A stretch of DNA of 64,000 nt from Polyangiales bacterium (GTDB lineage: Bacteria; Myxococcota_A; Polyangia; Polyangiales; JADJQN01). Shown here piece by piece: positions 39,175 through 49,463 of this stretch. The stretch lies in NCBI GenBank assembly GCA_964202905.1, contig CAXNJO010000001.1, forward strand, positions 32,001 through 96,000, given 5' to 3'. The first letter of the stretch is position 1, and every line of letters begins with the position of its first letter. The notes under the pieces were generated by a model that saw only the letters and a program-made list of their open reading frames with translations, did not search any database and was not told where the DNA came from. The translations under genes and the position numbers were made by a program.

Positions 39175-40983
39175 TCAGTACGCACGCACACACCCGTCCA
39201 GGGTCCGCGCGCCTTGCGGCGGCGCGGGCTCGACGACGTGGAACTCGACGCGCCGGTTGGCCTGGCGCCCCTCGTCGTTGCCGTTGGTGGCGGTCGGGTG
39301 CATCTCGCCGCAGCCCCAGCCCTCCATCCGCACGCCGGCGATCCCGTGCTCGACGAGCCACCGGACCACGCTCGCCGCGCGCCGGGTCGACAGCGCGAGG
39401 TTCGCGGCGTCGGCACCGCGGTCGTCGGTGTGCCCTTCGATCCCGAACCGCGTGATCTGCTCGTTCGCCGCGAGGATCGCGCGGACCTCGTCGAGGATCG
39501 GGTAGCTGCGGTCGAGGATCACGTCGCGGTTCGTCGCGAACTCGACCCGCTGGAGGATGAAGATCGTGCCCGTCTCGACGTCGAACCGCACGGTCCGCGG
39601 GCAGCCGCCGTCCTCGGGACGGCCCGGCGCAAGCGGGCAGCGATCGCTCGGATCGAGCACGGTGTCGCGGTCGTTGTCGGTCTCGGGGCAGCCGTCCGCG
39701 TCCTGGAAGCCGTCGACGTCCTCGGCCTCGGTGCGGCACGCATCGCGCGCATCGAGCACGCCGTCGCCGTCGTCGTCCGGGTCGGGCACGCCATCGGCGT
39801 CCTCGAAGCCGTCGCGGTCCTCGGGGTCCATCGGCGCGCCGTCGCGGGCGTCGGGCACGCCGTCGGCGTCGTTGTCGGGATCGGGGCAACCGTCGGCGTC
39901 CTCGAAGCCGTCGACGTCCTCCGCCTCGTTCACACAACGGTCCGCGTCGTCGAGGATGCCGTCGCCATCGGCATCGCGGACGTCGGGGGCGGCGGTCGCG
40001 ACCGGCGCCGACCCGCACGCCGAGGCCGAGTAGCCGACCGAGAGGACGGTGCGGAGATCCGGCGCGCCGTAGCCGCGGCTCAGGCCGGTGCCGCCCGCGA
40101 CGCCGATGTGCACGCCGCAGACGGGCTGCGCGCGAACACCGAGCAGCGCCTCGAAGGGCGAGGTCTCCCGCGAGAACGCAGAGTCCAGCGTCGTCGCGCC
40201 GAACATCTCGAGGTGCGCGCTGACCGACGCGCCCGCGTCGTTGTCCCAGAGCGGCGCCGAGAGCGCGGCGCCGAGCGTGAGCTCGTGGCTGACCCCGAGG
40301 GTCTCGAGCCGCGAGCGATCGACCGCGCGGACGCGCCCGCCGACGTTCACGGTGAAGCGGATCCCCGCGCCGCGGACCTCCGCGAGGAGCTCGGGGTGCA
40401 CGATCGCGCCCTGATCGCCCGCGTAGCGCGTCGCCTCGTTCGACCAGCGCGCCGTCGGCAGCGAGAGGCTCGCCTGCAGCGCGAGCGCGAAGGCGTCATC
40501 CCGCCCGCCGACGAGCCGCACGCGGCCGCCGAGCCAGGCGTCGCCGAGGCCCGCGCCGTCCGCGGGCTGGATCGGCGCCGCGGGCGCATCGACCCCGTCC
40601 ATCACGAGGTTCACCGGGAGCCCCGCGTAGAAGACGACGCGATCGGCGAGGCCGTACGAGAAGGTCGCGTGGGCGGCGAGCTGGTGCGCGACGACGGCGT
40701 AGCGCTCGGAGGCTGCGCTGCCCGGCGTCGCCTCGTAGACGAGCGGGTTCAGCGCGTAATCGAGCGTGAGCGCGGCGCCGAGCTGCCCGTCACCGCGTGC
40801 GTCCGGGCGGTTGACGACGAACCCGTCCTCCGCGGTCACGCCGGGGCGAAACTGGTCGAGCGTGACGCTCGCGCCGTCCTGCGCCGAGGCCACCGCCGCG
40901 GACCCGAGCCCGCAACCGAGGGCGACGACGGCCGCGGCCGCACCGGACACCGGGCGCGCGCGGCGCCCACCCTGCTGAGACAT
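39175..40983 (-). CDS. TraB-like outer-membrane protein: N-terminal beta-barrel, TSP type-3 repeats, OmpA C-terminal domain
   Basis: LDYALNPLV, GLSRGYGAPDLR, DADGDGILD..DRC..AED.DGF.DADGCP repeats, IEGHTDDRG..NL.LS.RRA..RQANRRVEF. Confidence 0.85.
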   Translation of the reverse strand: MSQQGGRRARPVSGAAAAVVALGCGLGSAAVASAQDGASVTLDQFRPGVTAEDGFVVNRPDARGDGQLGAALTLDYALNPLVYEATPGSAASERYAVVAHQLAAHATFSYGLADRVVFYAGLPVNLVMDGVDAPAAPIQPADGAGLGDAWLGGRVRLVGGRDDAFALALQASLSLPTARWSNEATRYAGDQGAIVHPELLAEVRGAGIRFTVNVGGRVRAVDRSRLETLGVSHELTLGAALSAPLWDNDAGASVSAHLEMFGATTLDSAFSRETSPFEALLGVRAQPVCGVHIGVAGGTGLSRGYGAPDLRTVLSVGYSASACGSAPVATAAPDVRDADGDGILDDADRCVNEAEDVDGFEDADGCPDPDNDADGVPDARDGAPMDPEDRDGFEDADGVPDPDDDGDGVLDARDACRTEAEDVDGFQDADGCPETDNDRDTVLDPSDRCPLAPGRPEDGGCPRTVRFDVETGTIFILQRVEFATNRDVILDRSYPILDEVRAILAANEQITRFGIEGHTDDRGADAANLALSTRRAASVVRWLVEHGIAGVRMEGWGCGEMHPTATNGNDEGRQANRRVEFHVVEPAPPQGARTLDGCVRAY

Positions 40984-41239
40984 CTTTGAAGTGCGACGCG
41001 CCACGATCTCTCCTCCAGCCGGCGCCGTGTCCCGAGTTCGGGACAGGGGCATATCCTCGGAAGTGGCTGAGGAGAGGCCGCTGGAGCGTCCGTGTCAAGC
41101 ATCCGTGTCCGGCCGCGGCGGCGGGGACGCGGCGTTGGGACCGCGGCACGGGCCCCGCGTGACACGCCCGGACCCGGCCGCCGCAGCCCCGCGCCGGGAC
41201 GCCGTGCTAGCCTCGCGCGGCGGGCCGTAAGTATCGGTT

Positions 41240-44200
41240 TTGGCGAAGAAATCAAAGAGTGTCTGGCCGAGGCGGATCGGCATCGCGCTGGCCGCGATCG
41301 CCGCGCTGCCCCTCTGCGCCCTGATGGTCGCGCGGACCGACTTCGCGCGCGCCCGCGCGCGGCGGCTGCTCGTCGGCGTGCTGCACGACGAGCTCGGCCT
41401 CGACGCGGGGCTCGCGGACCTCGACGTCGAGGTCTTCCCACCCGCCGTCGTCGCGCGCGGCCTCACGCTCGACGACCCGCGCTGGGGCCGCTTCGCGAGC
41501 GCGCAGGCGCTGCGCGTACAGCCCTCGCTGCTCGCGGTGCTGCGCGGCGTGGTCGATCTCGAGTCGATCGAGGTCGCGCGTCCCGCCGTGCACCTCGTCG
41601 TGCGCGACGGCGCCGTGCAGAACCTCCCGCGCCCGCGGACGCCGGCGGGCGGGGGCGGCGAGCTGCCCTTCTCGGACCTCGCGGTCGACGACGCGACGCT
41701 CACGCTCGACGCGGCGCCGCTCGGCTCGGCGCGGCTCCGCGGCGTCGACCTCGACCTCGCCGTGAGCCCGGGCGACGTGCTCGAGCTGCGCGTGCGCTCG
41801 ACGCGCGGCGAGGTGCGGCACGCGACGGGCGAGGAGATCATCGACGAGCTCGACGCCCGCGCGCGCGTCACGCCGGCCTACGTCCAACTGCACGCGGTCA
41901 CGCTGCGCAGCACGGGGCTCTCCATCGGCGCGCGGCGCGTGCGGCTGCCGATGCCGCTCGGCAGCGCGGTGAGCGGCCACGCGGACGTGCGCGCGGATCT
42001 CGCTCACCTGGCGTCGCTGCCGCACGGGCTCACGCTGCCGGCGCTCGCGGGGCACGCGGAGGTGCACGGCGACGTGCGCTGGAGCGCAGCCGCGGGGTTC
42101 GCGGGCGAGGGGCGCGTCGTGCTCGACGACGTCGTGATCAAGCGCTTCGGGACGGGCGACGTGACGCTCGACGTGGACGTCACGGACGAGCGGGTCGCGA
42201 TCCGCAGCGGCACCGTGCGCATCGTGAAGGGCGGCGGGACGGCGACGCTCGCCGGGACGATCGGCCTGCGCGGCGCGCTCCCCGTGGACGTGCGCGTCGG
42301 CCTCGACGACCTCGAGTTCCCCAAGCTGCTCGACCAGCTCGGCGTGACGCCGAACGCGATCATCGCGTGGACGATCGACGCGCAGACGCACCTGCGCGGC
42401 ACGCTGCTGCCGCTCGCGCTCGACGGGCCGATCCGGACTCAGACGCGCGACGTCTTCATCACCAAAGACGCCTACCACGTCACGCCGCGCCGACGCGTGA
42501 TGAGCGTGGCGCGGGGCGACATCGACGGCCGGATCTCCTTCCGCGACGAGGGCCTGCGCTTCACCGACCTCGTCGCCCGCACCGCGCACTCGCGCCTCGC
42601 GGGGAGCGTGCTGCTCGGCTTCGACGACGCGCTCGAGGTGCGCGTGCACGCCGACCGGCTCGACGCGGCCGACATCACGCCGCTGCTCGAGTTCCCCATG
42701 GCGGGCGCGGGTCCCGCGGACCTGCTGATCGTCGGGACCTACGGCGACCAGCGCATCGGCGGGCACCTCGACCTGCGGGGCTTCTCGTTCGACGGCAAGC
42801 CCATGGGCGACCTCGTCTCGGACTGGAACCTCGAGAAGGACGGCCTCGCCGCGCGCTTCCCGATGATCGACGCGACGAAGAACGGCTCGCGCTACCGGGC
42901 CGAAGACCTCGTCCTCGACTTCTCCGACGACCGCCTGCTCGTGACGACGCGCGTCCACATGGACGCGCTCGCGCTCGCGGACTTCTACGAGATGCTCACC
43001 TTCGACGGCGACGAGCGGTTCACGCCGTACCAGGGGCTCGTGCAGGGCACCGCCGACGTCCGCTTCACCCTCGGATTTCCGGGCGATCTCGAGCGCGGCA
43101 CGCTCATCACCGACCTCGAGGCGCGCCTGCCCGCGTCGACCCTCACGGGCTACGCGTTCACGGACGGCGTGCTCTCGGCGCAGCTGCGCTGGAGGGACTG
43201 GGCGCGCGGCGTCGCGGGCGCAGAGCTCGACGTGCACCACGCCGTCCTGCACAAGGGCGACGGAACCATCACAGCGGATGGTCACATGTCGCTCGGCGGG
43301 CTGCTCGATTTCACCGCCATCGCGGATCGCGTCTCGCTGCGCGACCTCGAGGGGATCGGCGATCGTTTTCCGCAGCTCGAGGGCGTGGTCGGCGGCGTCG
43401 CGCGGATCGGCGGGGTCACGACGAGACAGCGCCACCACATCGACGCGCAGTTCACTGGCGTCGCGTGGGGCGGCGCGCCGCTCGGCGACGCGCGGGCCTA
43501 CGTGCGGCTCAGCGATCCGTCCGATCCGTGGGTGCAGGAGGCGGTCGCCTGGGACCGCGACGCGCCGCCCGCGGGCGAGCCGTGCGCGCACGCCCGCATG
43601 GGGCTCGCGCACGCCGACTGGCCGGCGGATCCGCCGCTGCAGACGCGCGACGGGCCGCAACCCGCGCTCGCGCAGCCGATGGCCTTCCTCGTCTGCGCCG
43701 AGGGGCTCGACGGGCGGGCGACGGTCGACGTCGCGTTCGGACGCACGGACACGTTCCCCGTGCGCGGACGGCTGACGGCGTCGGGCCTCGACCTCGCGCC
43801 GTTTCTGCCTGCGCCCTCGCTGCGGGGCGAGGTGAGCGCGCGCGTCGATCTGCGCGGCGGCAGCCTCAAGCAGGACGACTCGCTCGTCGGGCGCGTGGTC
43901 GTCGGCGCCCTGCGGCTCGGGACGGGCGGCGTCGAGCTGCGCAACGACGGGGACGTGGACGTGCGCCTCGACCGCGGCGCGTTCGACTTCGCGCAGGCCC
44001 GCTTCGTCGGCCCGTCGTCACGCCTCGAGGTGCGCGGCGGCGGCACGCTGCGGCGCCTCGCGACGACCATCGACGGCGAGATCGATCTCGGCCTGCTCGG
44101 GAGTCTCTCGCCCGCGATCGTCGAGTCGCGCGGGCGCGTCGGCGTGCAGGTGCGCCTCTCCGGGCCCGCCGGGAACCCCGAGGTCTACGGCGTCGCGACG

Positions 44201-45406
44201 GTCACGGACGGCGCGGTGCGCATGCTCGCGCTGCCCGAGCCCATCGACGACCTCTCGGGCCGCGTGACCTTCAGCCAGCGCATCGTGAACCTCGAGAACT
44301 TCCACGCGCGCGTCGCCGGCGGGCGGCTCGACGCCCACGGCACGGCCACGATCGCCGACCGCGGCCTCGACACGCTCGACGTCGAGCTCACCGCGCGGGA
44401 CCTCGCGCTGCGCCCGATCGACGGCATGGAGCTCGGCTTCGGCGCCGACACGCACGTGCGCTGGGCGCGCGGCGCACGGCTCCCCGAGCTCGGCGGGACG
44501 CTGCGCGTCTCGCGCCTGCTCTACACGCGCCCCGTCCATTTCTTCCAGACGCTCACGGAGATCTCGCGGCGCTCGCGCACGGAGGTCGAGCGCTACGACC
44601 CCGCGAACGACCACGTCGCCTTCGATCTGCGGGTGATCGCCGACGCGCCGATCGCCGTCGCGAACAACCTCCTCGATGCCGAGCTCTCGATCGACGACAC
44701 GGAGCAGCCCTTCCGCTTGGTGGGCACCGACCAGCGCTTCGGGATCGTCGGTCGGCTCGACGTCGACCGCGGCGTCGCGCGCTTCCGCTCCGCGAGCTTC
44801 GACGTGCAGCGCGGCAGCGTGATCCGCTTCTCGGACGAGTCGCGCATCGAGCCCGAGTTCGACGTGCGCGCGGTGACGACCGTCCGGCGGAGCGGCGACT
44901 TCAGCGTCCCGCAGTGGCGCATCACGCTGCGCGCGCACGGCACGGGCGACTCGCTGCGCCTCGAGACGCAGAGCGAGCCCGACCTCTCGCAGGAGGACGT
45001 CGCGCTGCTGCTGACGATCGGCATGACGCGCGCCGAGGCCCAGCAGCTGCAAGCCGGATCGCTCGGACAGACGGCGGCGCTCGAGGCGCTCGCGACGGTG
45101 ACCGGGGTGGACCGCGAGGTGCGCAACGCCGTGCCCGTGATCGACGACTTCCGCTTCTCGAGCAGCTACTCGCTGCGGACGAACCGCTCCGAGCCCCAGA
45201 TCTCGATCGGAAAGCGCATCACCGAGCGCGTGCGCCTCTCGGCGACGACCGGGCTCGGCGAGGCGCGCGAGTTCCGCACGAGCGTCGAGTGGCGCCTCGA
45301 CGATCAGGCGAGCGTGCAGGCGGGCTACGACAACCTGAACAACACGACGAACTCCTCGCTCGGCAACCTCGGCGTCGACGTCCGCTGGAGACTCGAGTTC
45401 GAATGA
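41240..45406 (+). CDS. tamB: TamB/AsmA-like translocation and assembly module protein (DUF490 C-terminus)
   Basis: N-terminal TM anchor, ~1300 aa beta-rich body, C-terminal L...SEPDLSQED...LL, IGKRITERV..VEWRL..GVDVRWRLEF. Confidence 0.85.
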   Translation: MAKKSKSVWPRRIGIALAAIAALPLCALMVARTDFARARARRLLVGVLHDELGLDAGLADLDVEVFPPAVVARGLTLDDPRWGRFASAQALRVQPSLLAVLRGVVDLESIEVARPAVHLVVRDGAVQNLPRPRTPAGGGGELPFSDLAVDDATLTLDAAPLGSARLRGVDLDLAVSPGDVLELRVRSTRGEVRHATGEEIIDELDARARVTPAYVQLHAVTLRSTGLSIGARRVRLPMPLGSAVSGHADVRADLAHLASLPHGLTLPALAGHAEVHGDVRWSAAAGFAGEGRVVLDDVVIKRFGTGDVTLDVDVTDERVAIRSGTVRIVKGGGTATLAGTIGLRGALPVDVRVGLDDLEFPKLLDQLGVTPNAIIAWTIDAQTHLRGTLLPLALDGPIRTQTRDVFITKDAYHVTPRRRVMSVARGDIDGRISFRDEGLRFTDLVARTAHSRLAGSVLLGFDDALEVRVHADRLDAADITPLLEFPMAGAGPADLLIVGTYGDQRIGGHLDLRGFSFDGKPMGDLVSDWNLEKDGLAARFPMIDATKNGSRYRAEDLVLDFSDDRLLVTTRVHMDALALADFYEMLTFDGDERFTPYQGLVQGTADVRFTLGFPGDLERGTLITDLEARLPASTLTGYAFTDGVLSAQLRWRDWARGVAGAELDVHHAVLHKGDGTITADGHMSLGGLLDFTAIADRVSLRDLEGIGDRFPQLEGVVGGVARIGGVTTRQRHHIDAQFTGVAWGGAPLGDARAYVRLSDPSDPWVQEAVAWDRDAPPAGEPCAHARMGLAHADWPADPPLQTRDGPQPALAQPMAFLVCAEGLDGRATVDVAFGRTDTFPVRGRLTASGLDLAPFLPAPSLRGEVSARVDLRGGSLKQDDSLVGRVVVGALRLGTGGVELRNDGDVDVRLDRGAFDFAQARFVGPSSRLEVRGGGTLRRLATTIDGEIDLGLLGSLSPAIVESRGRVGVQVRLSGPAGNPEVYGVATVTDGAVRMLALPEPIDDLSGRVTFSQRIVNLENFHARVAGGRLDAHGTATIADRGLDTLDVELTARDLALRPIDGMELGFGADTHVRWARGARLPELGGTLRVSRLLYTRPVHFFQTLTEISRRSRTEVERYDPANDHVAFDLRVIADAPIAVANNLLDAELSIDDTEQPFRLVGTDQRFGIVGRLDVDRGVARFRSASFDVQRGSVIRFSDESRIEPEFDVRAVTTVRRSGDFSVPQWRITLRAHGTGDSLRLETQSEPDLSQEDVALLLTIGMTRAEAQQLQAGSLGQTAALEALATVTGVDREVRNAVPVIDDFRFSSSYSLRTNRSEPQISIGKRITERVRLSATTGLGEAREFRTSVEWRLDDQASVQAGYDNLNNTTNSSLGNLGVDVRWRLEFE

Positions 45407-48400
45407 GCCGCGCGCGCCCCGATCCCCGGCGCGTCGCCCTGCGCGGCGTGCTCGTCGGGGTGCTCCTCGGCGCGCTGGCCGCGGCGCTGCCCTGCGCGCT
45501 GCCGCGGGCCCGCGCCGAGCTGCCCGCCGCGCTGCGCGATCGGCCGCTCGTCGCCGTGGAGATCGTCGGCGACGGCGCGGGGGCGCTCACGGCGGCGGAG
45601 CTCGCGCTGACGCCGGGCACGCCGCTCACGCGTGCGCTGCTGCGCGCGGCGGTGACGCGGCTGCTCGCGTCGCAGCGCTACGCCGACGTGCAGATCGACG
45701 CCGAGCCGGCGACCGGCGGTGCGCGCGTGATCGTGAGCGTCACGCCGCGCCTGCTCGTGCTGCGCGTGCAGAGCACGGGAAACACCGTGCTCGACGACGC
45801 GGAGCTGCGCCGCGCGGCGCGCATCGCCGAAGGCGAAGAGGTGCGCCCCGCGGAGCTCGGCGAGCTCGCGGAGCGCGTGATGCGTGCCTACGCGGAGCGC
45901 GGCTACGCGAGCGCGCGCGTCGCCGTGTCCCTGCGCGACACCGACGATCCGGCGCGCAAGGTCCTCGTGCTCGGCGTCGTGGAGGGCGCGCCAGCGCGGC
46001 TGCGGGCGGTGCGATTCCTCGGCGAAGCGCCGCCCGACGAGGCGCGCGAGCGGGTGCTCGACGCGCTCGGGGTCGCGCGCGGCGACATCGTCGATCAACG
46101 CACGCTCGCCGACGGCGCGCGGGCCGCGGAGCTCGCGCTGCGGGAGCGCGGCTGGCTCGAGGCGAGCCTCGGCGCCCCGCAGATCGAGCGCGACGGACAA
46201 GGCGCGGTGGTCGTCCTCCGCGCGCACTTCGGCCCGCGCTACGAGGTGGTGCTGCGCGGCCACGCGCCGCTGCCGCGCGAGGTGGTCGCCGCCGCGCTCG
46301 CGCTCCGCACCGAGCGGCTCGGCGGCGCAGCGGGCGATCGCGGGCTGCGGGACCGCGTCCTCGATCTGTACCTGCGGCGCGGCTTCCTCGACGCGCGCGT
46401 CGAGATCCGGCGCGAGGCGGCGGTCGCGGAGCGCGCGCGCCTCGTCATCGACGTCCGGCCCGGTCCGCAGCGGCGCGTCGCGGGGCTGCGCTTCCCCGGC
46501 GCGGCCCACTTCGCGGAGACCTTCCTCCGCGATCAGGTCGTCAGCTACCTCGACGAGGACATCCCGGGCTCGACGCTCGTCTACCCCGTCGACTCCGAGA
46601 CGGTCGACGCGCTCGGCGCCGGCGGACGCTCTCAGCGCCACGCACGCGAGGTGCCCGCGCCCCTCGTCGTCGAGCCGGCACGCGTCTTCTACGCGCCGAC
46701 GTACGCGCAGGCGCTGCGGCACATCGAAGAGCTCTACCAGGCCGACGGGTTCCTCGGCGTGCGCGTCGGGCCCGAGCGCGTCGAGCGCCGCGCGGACGGC
46801 GGGCTCGCGGTCGTCGTACCCGTCGAGGAGGGCCCGCAGACCCTGCTCTACGCGGTGAGCGTCAGCGGCAACGCGGTGCTCGGTGCGCGCGCGCTCGTCG
46901 AGGCCGCCGGGCTGCGGCGCGGCGCCCCCTTCGGCTATCTCGGACTCGAGGAGGCCCGCGTGCGGATGCAGGCCCTCTACCAGGAGCGCGGCCACCTCTA
47001 CGCGCGCGTGGAGCCCGAGGTGCGCTTCAGCGGGGACCGCACGCGCGCCGAGGTCACGCTGCGCGTCACCGAGCGCTTCCCCGTGCGCGTCGGGGGCGTC
47101 GTGGTCCGCGGCCTCGCGCTCACCGACGAAGACCTCGTGCGCGCCCGCCTCGCGCTGCGCGAGGGGAACCTCATCCGCCCGAGCCTCGAGCGCCTCAGCG
47201 AAGAGCGCCTGCTGGAGCTCGGCGTCTTCAGCGGCGCGACGGTGAGCGTCGAGGACGAAGACCTGCCCGCGCGGAGCAAGCGCCTCGTCGTCACGCTCAC
47301 CGAGCGCACCGCGCAGTACCTCGACACCTCGCTCGGCATCTCGACCGGCCAGGGCATCCGCACGGCCTTCGAGTACGGCTACCGCAACCTGCTCGGGACT
47401 GCAGTTGCAACGTCATTGCGGGTGCAACTGGGTTACCAGTTCTTCCTGATCGACCCGATCGTGCAGGGCTATTTCGACGACCTCTCCCTCGCCGATCGGC
47501 TCGAGCGGCGCGTCACGCTCGCCGTGTCCGCGCCGTGGGTCGGCGGGCTCCCGGGCGTGCGCGCCTCGCTCGAGGCCTCGCACATCCGGCACAACGAACG
47601 GCAGTTCGGCTATGACAAGAACGGCGGCGTGCTCTCGCTCTCGTGGCGCCAGTCGCGCGCCCTCACGCTCACGGTGAGCGGCGAGATCGAGAACAACAAC
47701 CTCGGGCTCTTCGGCGGCGCGGCCCTCGAGAAGCTCCGCGAGGACGCCGCGTCCGACCCGCGCCTCTCGCGCCTGCTGCGGATCCCGAGCGGCGAGTCGA
47801 CGCTCGCCTCGACGCGCACGACCGCGTCCATCGACCTCCGCGACAGCCCGTTCACGCCGACGCGCGGCTTCTTCTCGACGGTCACGGCCGAGTACGCGCG
47901 CACCCTCGCGACCGAGCAGCTCGCGAGCGGCGAGCAGTTCTTCTCGAACTTCCTGAAGCTCTCGCTCAGCGCGAGCGGCTACGTGCCGCTCGGCGGCGGC
48001 GTCGTGCTCGCGCTGCAGGTGCGCGGCGGTCGCGTGTTCGCAGCCGACCCGCGCTCGGCGACCTACCCGAACCGGCAGTACTTCCTCGGCGGCGTCGACT
48101 CGCTGCGCGGCTATCTCCAGGACGCGCTCATCCCGCAGGAGCTCGCCTCGCTGCTCGAGCGCGACGCGAGCGGGCGCGCCTCGCCGGGCGCCGTCTTCCG
48201 CGGGGGCGACGCCTTCCTGCTCGCCCGCGCGGAGCTGCGCTTCCCGATGGTGGGCGCGCTCGGGGGCGGCGCGTTCGTCGAGGCGGGGAACGTGTGGGCC
48301 GACGCCCGCAACCTCGACCCGCTCGATCTGCGCCCGACGGCCGGGCTCGGCATCCGGCTCGCGACGCCCGTCGGTCCGCTCGCCTTCGACTACGGCTTCG

Positions 48401-48528
48401 TGCTGCTGCGCCGCTCGCTCCCGGCGTCGTCGTGTACGCCGCCGTCGTCGACCGGCGCGCGCGAGTGCGCGGCGGACGTGCCCTTCGAGCCGGTCGGCGC
48501 CTTCCACTTCTCGATCGGTCTGTTTTGA
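45403..48528 (+). CDS. Omp85-family (TamA/BamA) protein with multiple POTRA domains
   Basis: ATGA overlap with tamB; repeated Y..RG(Y/F)..ARV POTRA motifs; FLGGVDSLRGY; AELRFP; GLGIRLATPVGPLAFDYG; terminal FHFSIGLF. Confidence 0.9.
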   Translation: MSRARPDPRRVALRGVLVGVLLGALAAALPCALPRARAELPAALRDRPLVAVEIVGDGAGALTAAELALTPGTPLTRALLRAAVTRLLASQRYADVQIDAEPATGGARVIVSVTPRLLVLRVQSTGNTVLDDAELRRAARIAEGEEVRPAELGELAERVMRAYAERGYASARVAVSLRDTDDPARKVLVLGVVEGAPARLRAVRFLGEAPPDEARERVLDALGVARGDIVDQRTLADGARAAELALRERGWLEASLGAPQIERDGQGAVVVLRAHFGPRYEVVLRGHAPLPREVVAAALALRTERLGGAAGDRGLRDRVLDLYLRRGFLDARVEIRREAAVAERARLVIDVRPGPQRRVAGLRFPGAAHFAETFLRDQVVSYLDEDIPGSTLVYPVDSETVDALGAGGRSQRHAREVPAPLVVEPARVFYAPTYAQALRHIEELYQADGFLGVRVGPERVERRADGGLAVVVPVEEGPQTLLYAVSVSGNAVLGARALVEAAGLRRGAPFGYLGLEEARVRMQALYQERGHLYARVEPEVRFSGDRTRAEVTLRVTERFPVRVGGVVVRGLALTDEDLVRARLALREGNLIRPSLERLSEERLLELGVFSGATVSVEDEDLPARSKRLVVTLTERTAQYLDTSLGISTGQGIRTAFEYGYRNLLGTAVATSLRVQLGYQFFLIDPIVQGYFDDLSLADRLERRVTLAVSAPWVGGLPGVRASLEASHIRHNERQFGYDKNGGVLSLSWRQSRALTLTVSGEIENNNLGLFGGAALEKLREDAASDPRLSRLLRIPSGESTLASTRTTASIDLRDSPFTPTRGFFSTVTAEYARTLATEQLASGEQFFSNFLKLSLSASGYVPLGGGVVLALQVRGGRVFAADPRSATYPNRQYFLGGVDSLRGYLQDALIPQELASLLERDASGRASPGAVFRGGDAFLLARAELRFPMVGALGGGAFVEAGNVWADARNLDPLDLRPTAGLGIRLATPVGPLAFDYGFVLLRRSLPASSCTPPSSTGARECAADVPFEPVGAFHFSIGLF

Positions 48529-48542
48529 TCGCGGCGCGCGCG

Positions 48543-48571
48543 TTGACACCGCAGGTCGGCATCCCCACAGT
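48543..48571 (+). promoter_or_regulatory. Putative sigma70 promoter
   Basis: TTGACA-17 bp-CACAGT, 9 bp before ATG 48581. Confidence 0.5.
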
Positions 48572-48580
48572 CGTTCAGCG

Positions 48581-48835
48581 ATGGCGAAACCCACCCGCGC
48601 GTCGGACTCCGGCAGGTCGGACACGGGTTCGTCGGGCGCTGGGACGTCCGGTACCGGCTCATCGGGCGCTGGGTCGTCGGGCGGTCGGCCCGGGCGTACC
48701 GGCCGTCGCCTCGCCGAGCGCGTGCGCGGGTTCCTGCAGGGCGTGCTCGACGCGGGCGACGCGGTCGCGGCCGGCCTCCTCGGTCCGCGCGCGCAGCCCG
48801 CGCTCATGCCGATTCGTCGACGCCCCCGGCGCTGA
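48581..48835 (+). CDS. Small hypothetical protein (Gly/Ser-rich N-terminus, amphipathic helix, basic P..PIRRR tail)
   Basis: ATG directly behind a candidate promoter; fills the intergenic gap. Confidence 0.55.
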   Translation: MAKPTRASDSGRSDTGSSGAGTSGTGSSGAGSSGGRPGRTGRRLAERVRGFLQGVLDAGDAVAAGLLGPRAQPALMPIRRRPRR

Positions 48836-48874
48836 GCGCGCGCGGCGCGCCGGGGATGCGCGACCGCGCAGGGG

Positions 48875-49408
48875 TCAGCGGCGGACGAGGTCCGCGACGC
48901 CGCGGGCGATCGTGTCGCGCTCGGCGAGCGCGAAGCCCTCACGCTCCCACACGATGCGGCCCTGGCGGTTGATCCACACGCTGAAGGGCGCCGCGCGGCG
49001 CGGGTTCATCTGCGAGGACACGCGCGTGTCGAGGTCGCTGAGGACGGGGAAGCGCACGCCGAGTCGGCGCGCCGCAGGGCCGGCCTGCGTGATCGTCGAG
49101 GTGTCGTCCATGCTGACCGCCACGACCTGCAGGCCCGTGTCGCGGTGCCGCGCGAGGAGCGACTGGTAGAACGGCATCTCCTGCCGGCATGGCGCGCACC
49201 AGGTCGCCCAGAAGAGCACGACGATCGGGTTGCGGCCGAGGTGTTCCTCGATGCGGAAGCGACCGCGCGTCGGGCCACCGACGACCGCCGGCAGCACGAA
49301 GGACGGGGGGCGCGCGCCGACCCGCGCGGCGCTGCGCGCGGGGACGAGCCCGGCGAGGGCGCCGAGGGCGAGGACACAGACGAGGACGGCGAGACACGTG
49401 CGCTTCAT
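48875..49408 (-). CDS. TlpA-family exported thiol:disulfide oxidoreductase
   Basis: Signal peptide, VVLFWATWCAPCRQEMP, FPVLSD, APFSVWIN. Confidence 0.9.
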   Translation of the reverse strand: MKRTCLAVLVCVLALGALAGLVPARSAARVGARPPSFVLPAVVGGPTRGRFRIEEHLGRNPIVVLFWATWCAPCRQEMPFYQSLLARHRDTGLQVVAVSMDDTSTITQAGPAARRLGVRFPVLSDLDTRVSSQMNPRRAAPFSVWINRQGRIVWEREGFALAERDTIARGVADLVRR

Positions 49409-49463
49409 GGGTGTTCCTCGGACGTGGGGCGCGCCGGCGTATTCGCGCGGTCGGACGCGGCGT

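Noticed and set aside
41092..45402. 2478-aa ORF suggesting a giant Omp85 fusion
   Set aside because: The N-terminal ~1437 aa are an Arg-rich shadow frame over tamB. The real gene starts at ATG 45403.
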